32,000 bases of DNA from the NCBI RefSeq assembly GCF_030253515.1, contig NZ_CP124549.1:360001-392000 (forward strand), given 5' to 3'. The notes beneath the pieces were generated by a model. It was not told the DNA's origin. It did not search any database and worked only from the letters and a program-made list of their open reading frames with translations. The position numbers were made by a program, and so were the translations under genes. This document shows positions 1 through 6,604 of this stretch, piece by piece (positions within the stretch are counted from its first letter, which is position 1; each line of letters starts with the position of its first letter). The stretch is from Candidatus Nanosynbacter lyticus (GTDB lineage: Bacteria > Patescibacteriota > Saccharimonadia > Saccharimonadales > Saccharimonadaceae).

Positions 1-645
1 CTCTTTGCCTTGAGCGCGGTTGCGGATGTCGCCGTTGATGGTTAGTAACGTTCGTGGGGCGATTTCGTCACGTAGTTTGATGATGTCGTCGATGAGTTCG
101 TAGTGCGCCGGGACTTTGCTCATTTCTTTCTTGGTGCGCAGGTGGATGGTTAGATTGACAATATCTTGTCGCAAAATAGTCGCGAGCCATTCGCGCCATT
201 CATCGACATGGGTGTAGCCCAGCCTGGTTTTGACACTGACGGGCAACCTGGCAGTTTTGGCGGCGGCGATGGCAGCAACTGCTACGTCAGGTCGGCGGAT
301 GAGCGCTGCGCCACCAGATTTGATGGCGGATTTGGCGGGACAGCCCATGTTGATGTCGATGCCGTCAAAGCCGAGCCTGGCACAATAGCCAGCAAATTGC
401 TCCATATCCCCTGGTTCGCCGCCCCAGATTTGGGCGACCAGCGGATGCTCGTCGTCGGTTTTGACCAACCGCCCAGCGATGGCTTTGTCGCCGGCGTGCA
501 CCCAGCCGGTGGCATTGGCAAATTCGGTGAAAAACACATCGGGGGCGCCCGCCCTTTTCACGACATGGCGAAAGACGACGTCGGTGACGGCCTCCATGGG
601 TGCCAAAATGAAAAATGGCTGTGGTAGATTGTCCCAAAAGGTCAT
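1..645 (-). CDS. dus: tRNA-dihydrouridine synthase (Dus), C-terminus cut by the window edge; absent from the ORF track
   Basis: The reverse complement starts with ATG at 645-643 and reads MTFWDNLPQPFFILAPMEAVTDVVFRHVVKRAG...GFDGIDINMGCPAK...VSVKTRLGY with no stop through nt 1 (215 codons). DINMGCP is the Dus family signature. Confidence 0.85.
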   Translation of the reverse strand, partial: MTFWDNLPQPFFILAPMEAVTDVVFRHVVKRAGAPDVFFTEFANATGWVHAGDKAIAGRLVKTDDEHPLVAQIWGGEPGDMEQFAGYCARLGFDGIDINMGCPAKSAIKSGGAALIRRPDVAVAAIAAAKTARLPVSVKTRLGYTHVDEWREWLATILRQDIVNLTIHLRTKKEMSKVPAHYELIDDIIKLRDEIAPRTLLTINGDIRNRAQGKE

Positions 646-647
646 GT

Positions 648-1568
648 TCACGTCACCAGTCCTTTGCTAAACAATATACTTTCCGCGATAAATAGACGCA
701 GCGCCTCCAGCTCGCCGCGAACCTGCGCTCGCTCCAGATAGGTATAGTACGCTCGCTTGCGCTCTTTGGCGACGAGGGGTGGCACCAACCCCAGTTGTAG
801 GGCCTGGACAAAGAGCAAGAGTCGCCCGGTGCGACCGTTGCCATCGCTAAACGGATGGATTTTTTCAAATGTCGCATGAGTACGGGCTAGCCATTCTATC
901 GGCTCTGTTTTGGGTAATTTGTTCATTTCGTCAACACACTCGGACATCGCTTCAGTAATGCGCAGATGGTTTACTGTTGTGACGCGACTACCCATGATGC
1001 GCACACCGTGCCGGCGGTAGAGTCCGGCGTCAGACACCAGCGTGTTCATCAGCCGGACGTGCGTTTGCAAGATCAGCTCTTCGCTCCACGTAAAATGCGT
1101 CCCTTCTTTGTGTAAGGCATCCAGCAGAAAGTAGAGCGCAGTACGGTGGTTACGGGCCTCTATCTGTTCGCGCGCTGTCTTGTTGGCGAGGACGCGATTA
1201 TCATCGTTCAGCACCTCTGCGACGTCCGCTAGGGTCATTGTGCTACCCTCGATCGTGTTCGTGTGGTAGGTCAAGTGGAGCGTCAGGATGTCAAGTAATT
1301 CTTGATTCGCCAGGAGTGTCCGGATCGTCATGCGGCTGGCCTGGGCGGCACGTTCAGTAGCGAGGCGCTTCGCCTCGTCGATGGTGTCCCGCCCGAGCAT
1401 CTCTTGATGTAATAGCTGAATATTCGCCAGGTTTTTGGCACGCGGCGACATATGTTGGTGTACCCAGGCGTTGAGCGTACGCACCGGCACATCTAGGCGA
1501 CGCGCCAGTTGTTCTTGGGTAAGGCCTGTCCGCACCAGAATTTCTTGGAGTAATTGCGCAGCATTCAT
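648..1568 (-). CDS. Fic/DOC-family protein with an N-terminal Xre-type HTH (probable AMPylase, class II autoinhibited type)
   Basis: The Fic core motif HPFSDGNGRTGR is present. An inhibitory-helix-like motif TNTIEG, matching (S/T)xxxE(G/N), lies upstream of the core. The N-terminus LTQEQLARRLDVPVRTLNAWV is HTH-like. Confidence 0.9.
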   Translation of the reverse strand: MNAAQLLQEILVRTGLTQEQLARRLDVPVRTLNAWVHQHMSPRAKNLANIQLLHQEMLGRDTIDEAKRLATERAAQASRMTIRTLLANQELLDILTLHLTYHTNTIEGSTMTLADVAEVLNDDNRVLANKTAREQIEARNHRTALYFLLDALHKEGTHFTWSEELILQTHVRLMNTLVSDAGLYRRHGVRIMGSRVTTVNHLRITEAMSECVDEMNKLPKTEPIEWLARTHATFEKIHPFSDGNGRTGRLLLFVQALQLGLVPPLVAKERKRAYYTYLERAQVRGELEALRLFIAESILFSKGLVT

Positions 1569-1574
1569 GTCGTG

Positions 1575-1621
1575 ATATTACCAAAACATCATGATGTTTG
1601 TCAAATAGCACGATGTTTGCT
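1575..1621 (-). promoter_or_regulatory. Leaderless promoter of the Fic gene with a palindromic operator
   Basis: On the minus strand: TTGACA (1604-1599), 18-nt spacer, TAATAT (1580-1575), 6 nt, ATG (1568). A perfect 16-bp palindrome AAACATCATGATGTTT (1584-1599) fills the spacer. A further half-site GATGTTTG lies at 1612-1619. Confidence 0.55.
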
Positions 1622-1639
1622 AGGAGTCTGATGGTATGG

Positions 1640-2016
1640 TGGCGAGAGTCTTTGGGGTGTACGAGTGGCTACCCCTGCCCGACAATCACCCCCAAAAAGG
1701 TGAAATCCCCGCGTCATCGTTGACGCGGGGTGGTGGACTCAAGCGGTTCTGCTCGGAGTTGATCTCATCGCTGAGAAAAACTGCTACGAGTGAACTCGCG
1801 AGTCCGGGGCTTAGGGCCCCGCCGACCAGATGCATCCGGATACACCTGGTGGCGGGGTGGAGGCTATCTATAGATAGCCTCCTTGGGGCTCTTCCCGGGG
1901 CCCTTCCGGGAAGAGCGAGGGGCGAAAACGATGCTGTTTTCGCTGCAGACTGGCCCGTTGGGGCACTAGCTTGTCTGCCATACATCGCGCGCTATTGAGC
2001 AATGTATGTCCCTCAG
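1640..2016 (-). ncRNA. Unclassified, densely structured non-coding region made of consecutive unrelated hairpins
   Basis: Perfect stems in plus coordinates: 1707-1716/1721-1730 (10 bp), 1817-1823/1851-1857 plus 1825-1829/1846-1850, 1859-1870/1871-1882 (12-bp palindrome), 1888-1898/1906-1916 (11 bp), 1922-1929/1936-1943 (8 bp), 1945-1950/1973-1978, 1979-1985/2002-2008. The track ORFs here (1636-1998 plus, 1686-1985 minus) overlap on both strands and look like GC-driven artefacts. Confidence 0.35.
1691..1730 (-). terminator. Rho-independent terminator candidate closing the minus-strand unit
   Basis: The minus strand reads CCCCGCGTCA-ACGA-TGACGCGGGG (10-bp GC stem) followed by ATTTCACCTTTTTGGGG. 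Confidence 0.5.
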
Positions 2017-2088
2017 TGGATGTGGCGGGAGTCGAACCCGCGAGGCGCATCGGTTTTTAAGACCTTGCCCCTCTACCGTGACACACCC
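2017..2088 (-). ncRNA. 72-nt tRNA-like element: canonical acceptor stem and T arm, G3:U70, no D arm and no canonical anticodon arm
   Basis: The minus strand reads GGGTGTG-TCACGGTA-[GAGGGGCAAGGT CTTAAAA ACCGATGCGCCTC]-GCGGG TTCGACT CCCGC-CACATCC-A. The acceptor stem is 7 bp with a G:T pair at position 3. The T arm is perfect. The middle 32 nt form one extended hairpin with a 7-nt loop. CCA is not encoded. Confidence 0.5.
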
Positions 2089-2166
2089 TATGATCTGTTT
2101 TTCCGAGACTTGACGGATCTCGGTGGGGGATCACTCCCAGGGCCTTTTAGTGACCCCGCCAGTGGG

Positions 2167-2313
2167 TTATTTTTTAATTACCTTACCGGTACCATTGCAT
2201 GTGGTGCAGTTTTTTGTGTTACTGCACCGCTTGCAGGTATGTCGCGGTTTACACACCTGACATGCCCCGGTCCCCCGGCACGTTGGACAAGGCATGGTAT
2301 TTACCCATGGCAT
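2167..2313 (-). CDS. Unannotated 48-aa Cys-rich small protein with DnaJ-type zinc-finger repeats (CxxCxGxG)
   Basis: It is below the track's apparent reporting length. Sequence: MPWVNTMPCPTCRGTGACQVCKPRHTCKRCSNTKNCTTCNGTGKVIKK, stop TAA. It has eight Cys as CPTCRGTG..CQVC..CKRC..CTTCNGTG. A strong SD (AAGGAGGTGA) lies 9 nt upstream of the ATG. Confidence 0.7.
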   Translation of the reverse strand: MPWVNTMPCPTCRGTGACQVCKPRHTCKRCSNTKNCTTCNGTGKVIKK

Positions 2314-2449
2314 GCTCCCTCACCTCCTTTGAGGTGTTGTGGGTTGCAGCGAGTGAAGTGCTTTCCACCAGACGCTACTCTGCGGATGCAGAGTGATGGT
2401 CGCCTGAGCGCACTCACTACAACAACTCTTCAATGAAGAGTCAAATACG
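2314..2449 (-). promoter_or_regulatory. Structured roughly 135-nt 5' leader of the zinc-finger ORF, including an SD-sequestering hairpin
   Basis: A three-tier hairpin spans 2352-2418: P1 2352-2361/2410-2418, P2 2369-2374/2401-2406, P3 2378-2383/2388-2393. P2 contains an A:C mismatch on plus that is G:U on minus. The SD sits in CACCUC-AAAG-GAGGUG (2321-2336). Confidence 0.4.
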
Positions 2450-2478
2450 TTTATATCATACATAACTCAAAGAGTCAA
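2450..2478 (-). promoter_or_regulatory. Sigma70-type promoter
   Basis: On the minus strand: TTGACT (2478-2473), 17 nt, TATAAA (2455-2450). Confidence 0.55.
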
Positions 2479-2580
2479 TAACCTCGGTGATCTATTTCAA
2501 TACAGCATAAGGCTCTGGCGGGAGTGAATCTGGGCGGAAATGTCGTGTCCTTATTCTCGCTATGCCCCGCGGAGGGATTA

Positions 2581-5500
2581 TCATTCCTTTGTCAACAAAT
2601 CATCCTCAAACTGCATCATCCCCTTATAATCTGCTGAATACCCAGAGATATCCGGTAGACTCAGCGTGGTGATTTTCCGCCAGACGACATTGATCAGCCG
2701 GGCGAATTCAGTCAGTTCTTCCTCAGAGAACGTGTCTTCCAAGCTGAGGATGTCGCCGGTTTTCATGTCCGGCTCGACGAACTGCAGGCGGGCGCCGGTG
2801 AAGGTGAAATTGCTATAATCACGCGACGACGTGACCAGGAGTTGATAAAACATCAGCTGCTGGCGGTATTTGTGGAGCTTGATTTTTTCGTAATCAGATG
2901 TGCCCCTCCAGGAGTGTGACGGCTTGCCGGTCTTATAATCGGTCACGAAGATGGTTTTATTATGCTTATCAATGTCGGCGACGTCCAGCTTGCCGGTCAG
3001 GCGCGCGCCGCCAACGACGACGCCTTGGTGAGCGAAATCGAGTTCCGCGAGCTCCGTGTCATGAAAATCGGACGATTTGGCGTCCAGAAACGCCGTCAGC
3101 GCTGCCGTACCCTTGTCTAGATATAGCGCGAAATCGTCGGGAGGTAGGTGCTGGGCCTCAAGCGATGTGCGGAAATATTGGAGAATGCGCTCGGTGGGCG
3201 GCAGGCGGTGGTCGGCGCGCAGCAGATTGTGCAGCTGCTGGAGACTGGCGTGGATGGCGGTGCCGTAGCTGGCGGCGGGACTCTTAGCGGACGGAAAGCG
3301 CAGGAGATTGTTCAACAAAAAGTTCTGTGGTCCGCCGCGCGAGACGTCGAGGAAATTATTGAGATGAGTGACGGAAAGTTTGTAGGTTTCTAAGGTCGGC
3401 GCCAGCACATCCTTGAGATCTGTGGTAATCGGCGCACTCAGCCGCGTGCTCCAGTCGGTTTGCGCCACGGTAATTTGCGCCGCGGGCGTGTCGGCAGCGG
3501 GGATAATCGTCGGTGCGTGGTCGGTCAGGAAGCTGGCGATCATGGTGTCGCTGCCGGCGTCGTTGGTCTGGGAATAGGTCATGGTCAGGGTGGTTTTGGC
3601 GCGGGTCATCGCCACAAAGAATAGCCGCAGCCGCTCGTCGTAGCTGGCGCCGGCGGGCTGGAGCTGGAGGTTGGCGGGATAGCGAATTAGCCGTGAGCGC
3701 GAGCGGACTTTCTCGCCCCACGCGCTGTCGATTGCCCCGATGACGAAAACGTGTGGGAATTCTAGGCCCTTGGATTTGTGGGCGGTCATTAGGTTGATAG
3801 CGCCGCCGAGGGCGCTGGCCTGGGGGCGGATGTGCGTCAGGCGGGTTTTGGTCGAGCGGTGCAGGTCGATGAATTCCAGGAAGTCCGCCAATGTCGGGGC
3901 CGCGTCGGTGATGCGGTCGCGTAATTTTTGGCGCAGCGTGCGTAGGCTCTCGAGCGTGGTCAGGTAGGCGTCGGGGTGTTCGGCAAGGGCTTCGGGCGAG
4001 AAGTAGTGGGCGGCAAGAGAGGTGGGCGAGGAACTTTCCTCAAAGCTCCGTACGGCGATTGCAGCCCGAGCGTCCTCGTTGGTTGGTGGCAAAGAACTCT
4101 TGTCGGAGCAAGCACTGCTGGAATTGCTCTGATCGACTCCGTACAGCGATTGCAGCCCGAGCGTCCTCTGACGCCCGGCGCGTAAAGAGGAGTCGATTGG
4201 AGTAATTCCAGCATCCATCTCCAGCCCCAACAACCTATCCAACTGCTCCTCCAGCGGCAAATTTGGCACGTCCTTCGCTCGCTCTAGCAGCCACTCGCCG
4301 AACGGCTGAAAGGTGCTGTTCGCCAGCATACTCTCCAGCCACAGCTGCCAATTGTTATAGGCATGGAGGCTGAGCCGCCAGATATCCAGCGCCGAAAAGC
4401 CAAACGCCGGATGGGCGATGACCTCTGGTAGTAAGCTGTTGGCGACGTCAAGATTATTCTGATGAATCGCCATGACGACCCGCGCTAGCTTGTCCAGCGC
4501 TTGAATGATGTCTTGCTCCAGGATGTCGTCGTGGCGCTCATAATTAACGGTCAGATTCTCCCGGTACAGATACGGCAGCAGCTCGATCAGCTCCTTGTGA
4601 TGGCGGGCGATGACGGTGATGTGCGCTGGGTTTTCGCCGCATTTGATCAGCTCGGCAATGTGCCGGGCCACCCCTGCCCGCTCCTCGCTCACCGAGGCAA
4701 ATTCCTGGATTTCAACCCGCGCGCCGTTACCAGACGCGTGTGCGGTCAATTGTTTTGACAAGCCGTCAATGGTGTTTTCTAAGCGATCCGTCCCCTGGGT
4801 AATCACTCCGCGCGCCGCCGTCAAGATGTCAGCCGCCGAGCGGTAATTGTCCGTCAGCACGATGATTTTCGGGTCGTGATAGTGCTGGCGGAAGCGCTGG
4901 ATATTGCCAACATCCGCGCCCTGAAAACTGAAAATCGCCTGGTCGTCGTCGCCGACCGCCATGATGTTGGGATTGTCCTCATCGCCGGTCAGGTCGAACA
5001 GCAGCCGCAGCTGCGCCAGATTGGTGTCCTGAAATTCGTCGACCATGATGAACTGAAATTGCTCCTGGAGGTTGGCGCGCAGTTCTGGGTGGGACTCGCA
5101 GGCTTGAATGACCGACAAAATCATGTCGTCGTAGTCAAACAGCGATCTCTCGGCTAGCACGTTGCCATATGCTTCGTAGACGTCAATGGCGGCGGATAAT
5201 TTCTCGCTGGCGGTAAAATCCTTCAGGACGAACTCGCCGGCGGCGTTCTTTTCGCACCATTTGTTTTTCCAGGCGGTTAGCGGTTTGGTGGAGTTGGCAT
5301 CAATTGCCTCTTGGGCTGCGTGGGCGATGCTGAGTGCCAGAACTTGAGCGTACGGGGTGATGGAGGACGGTAAATTGGCGTGATGTGGTGTCGAGCTGGC
5401 CGTATTTTCAGAAAGTTCCGTAGCACCTCTCTCGCCGACCCTCTTGGCAATCTTCTCCGCCAGCGGCGCAAATAATTCGATGGTTTTTTTAGAAATTTTG

Positions 5501-6072
5501 GCCGCAAATACCTGCTGAATGTCGGAGGCAATGTCGGCGATGACGCGCTGATTATCCGCCGTAATCGCCCGCAGTTCCGCTGGCGTGAGGCCGCTCTGCT
5601 TGAACTCGGAAATGACTCGGATCAGCTCGCTGGTGTAGACGAATTCACCGTTGTTTTTAACGCTCAGCGGATTACGCCAATCAAGCCTCTCTAGAATCCC
5701 CGCGACAATTTGGTGCTGCGTCAGTTCATCCGCTGGTTGAGCGTCAGCACCGTGAAAAAAATATTCCCTGTGCTGATTGATAATCTCCGTGCCGAAGCTG
5801 TGAAAGGTGTGAATGGCAATTTTATACGCATCCTCGCCGATGATCTGGCGCAGGCGCTGGCGCATGTTGGCGGCGCCGCTCTCGGTAAAGGTCAGGCATA
5901 AAATACTATCCGGCAGCGTGTCGGTCTGGCGCAAAATCTGGGCGGTGCGCATGCTCAGCAGCTCGGTCTTGCCCGTGCCTGGCCCGGCGATCACTAGGAG
6001 CGAACCGTGAATATAATCGACCGCTTGGCGCTGATTGGCGTTCAGCGTGGCGTAGCGAGTGTCAAAATCCAT
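2581..6072 (-). CDS. UvrD/PcrA-family helicase fused to a C-terminal RecB-type PD-(D/E)xK nuclease (AddA-like)
   Basis: Walker A AGPGTGKT, motif II VDEFQDTN, and the C-terminal nuclease motif DVADID...FVTDYKTGK. Length 1163 aa. Confidence 0.9.
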   Translation of the reverse strand: MDFDTRYATLNANQRQAVDYIHGSLLVIAGPGTGKTELLSMRTAQILRQTDTLPDSILCLTFTESGAANMRQRLRQIIGEDAYKIAIHTFHSFGTEIINQHREYFFHGADAQPADELTQHQIVAGILERLDWRNPLSVKNNGEFVYTSELIRVISEFKQSGLTPAELRAITADNQRVIADIASDIQQVFAAKISKKTIELFAPLAEKIAKRVGERGATELSENTASSTPHHANLPSSITPYAQVLALSIAHAAQEAIDANSTKPLTAWKNKWCEKNAAGEFVLKDFTASEKLSAAIDVYEAYGNVLAERSLFDYDDMILSVIQACESHPELRANLQEQFQFIMVDEFQDTNLAQLRLLFDLTGDEDNPNIMAVGDDDQAIFSFQGADVGNIQRFRQHYHDPKIIVLTDNYRSAADILTAARGVITQGTDRLENTIDGLSKQLTAHASGNGARVEIQEFASVSEERAGVARHIAELIKCGENPAHITVIARHHKELIELLPYLYRENLTVNYERHDDILEQDIIQALDKLARVVMAIHQNNLDVANSLLPEVIAHPAFGFSALDIWRLSLHAYNNWQLWLESMLANSTFQPFGEWLLERAKDVPNLPLEEQLDRLLGLEMDAGITPIDSSLRAGRQRTLGLQSLYGVDQSNSSSACSDKSSLPPTNEDARAAIAVRSFEESSSPTSLAAHYFSPEALAEHPDAYLTTLESLRTLRQKLRDRITDAAPTLADFLEFIDLHRSTKTRLTHIRPQASALGGAINLMTAHKSKGLEFPHVFVIGAIDSAWGEKVRSRSRLIRYPANLQLQPAGASYDERLRLFFVAMTRAKTTLTMTYSQTNDAGSDTMIASFLTDHAPTIIPAADTPAAQITVAQTDWSTRLSAPITTDLKDVLAPTLETYKLSVTHLNNFLDVSRGGPQNFLLNNLLRFPSAKSPAASYGTAIHASLQQLHNLLRADHRLPPTERILQYFRTSLEAQHLPPDDFALYLDKGTAALTAFLDAKSSDFHDTELAELDFAHQGVVVGGARLTGKLDVADIDKHNKTIFVTDYKTGKPSHSWRGTSDYEKIKLHKYRQQLMFYQLLVTSSRDYSNFTFTGARLQFVEPDMKTGDILSLEDTFSEEELTEFARLINVVWRKITTLSLPDISGYSADYKGMMQFEDDLLTKE
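4045..4109 (-). repeat. Degenerate copy (R3) of a roughly 65-nt palindromic structured repeat, inside the helicase CDS
   Basis: The 32-nt core at 4046-4077 matches 4137-4168 at 31 of 32 positions. The terminal inverted repeat is GCTCCG (4045-4050) / CGGAGC (4104-4109). Confidence 0.7.
4132..4197 (-). repeat. Copy R2 of the palindromic structured repeat, inside the helicase CDS
   Basis: The terminal inverted repeat is ATCGACTCC (4132-4140) / GGAGTCGAT (4189-4197). The core aligns with 22561-22615 apart from the hairpin loop. Confidence 0.75.
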
Positions 6073-6078
6073 GAGTCA

Positions 6079-6087
6079 ATTGTAGCA
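6079..6087 (-). promoter_or_regulatory. Extended -10 (TGCTACAAT) placed 6 nt upstream of the helicase ATG (leaderless type)
   Basis: The minus strand reads TGCTACAAT-tgactc-ATG(6072). Confidence 0.5.
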
Positions 6088-6111
6088 CGCTGGCACAGGC
6101 GCTGGTAACAA

Positions 6112-6120
6112 TGGTAAAAT
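6112..6120 (+). promoter_or_regulatory. Extended -10 (TGGTAAAAT) placed 7 nt upstream of the ATG at 6128
   Basis: The sequence is TGGTAAAAT-agtaggt-ATG. It is divergent from the helicase promoter. Confidence 0.45.
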
Positions 6121-6127
6121 AGTAGGT

Positions 6128-6604
6128 ATGCACGATGAACGGGCGCTTGCAGCATTGATTGATGATCAGTTTGGACTGACGGTCAAAATCCAGTCGGTCG
6201 TGCTGCCGATGAGCGATGTTAGCCGCACGGCGCAGGCGACGGTGGTGCTTGATAGGACGGGTGAATTGTTGGCTTACATTACAGCGCGGGCCATCATGAC
6301 GCTAGGCGATGTCAAGCGATTGGTGCGGCGAATGGGCTTGCGGCCAGAGCGGTTCGTGCCGCCAAAGCACCAGCCGAACTACTTTGACGACGTGGCAACC
6401 GAGAAGTTTCAGGCGGTTTTTCCGGGGATGAAGGTGACTTCGCCGGATGACTTGATATATTATCGGACGCTGGTGCCGTATAATCCAGCCCTGGTCGTCA
6501 TATCAGAGGTCAAGCGTGGCGAAATATACCAATTTGACCCGGACGCGCGCGGTGGGTATCGCGTCGGGGCGCGATTACATTACAAAAGGAGCGAGGCAAT
6601 ATAA
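6128..6604 (+). CDS. Hypothetical protein (158 aa)
   Basis: The ORF has leaderless-type promoter geometry. Its stop overlaps the ATPase start (TAATG at 6602-6606), suggesting translational coupling. No motif was recognised. Confidence 0.6.
   Translation: MHDERALAALIDDQFGLTVKIQSVVLPMSDVSRTAQATVVLDRTGELLAYITARAIMTLGDVKRLVRRMGLRPERFVPPKHQPNYFDDVATEKFQAVFPGMKVTSPDDLIYYRTLVPYNPALVVISEVKRGEIYQFDPDARGGYRVGARLHYKRSEAI

Noticed and set aside
1640-2016. RNase P RNA, SRP RNA or 6S RNA
   Set aside because: The universal RNase P CR-I sequence (GAGGAAAGUCCGGGC) is absent on both strands. GAGUCCGGGGCUUAGGG at 1799-1815 only superficially resembles the P4 strands. A CC-GGAA-GG tetraloop at about 1895-1910 lacks the flanking SRP AGCA/GGAAGCAGC loop. 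The architecture is a multi-hairpin array, not the single long 6S hairpin.
1640-2088. tmRNA (ssrA), standard or circularly permuted
   Set aside because: The T arm and G3:U70 acceptor stem look tmRNA-like. However, the 5' acceptor strand lies only 40 nt upstream of the T arm, leaving no room for a tag ORF. No downstream frame ends in a typical ...(L/V/F)AA-stop tag; the frames end GGYL, AIYR and AGP. No GGGTGTG-type 5' strand follows the 3' end, as a permuted gene would require. ARAGORN should still be run.
2320-2330. CACCTCCTTT, resembling the 3' end of 16S rRNA
   Set aside because: There is no rRNA context. It is simply the plus-strand complement of the GGAGGTG Shine-Dalgarno of the minus-strand small ORF, paired in a local hairpin.
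1636-2436. Track ORFs 1636-1998 (+), 1686-1985 (-), 1868-2050 (-), 2002-2436 (+), 2199-2396 (+)
   Set aside because: They overlap one another on both strands across palindromic GC-rich sequence and have no SD or leaderless promoter geometry. One runs antisense through the tRNA-like element and the well-supported 48-aa zinc-finger ORF.
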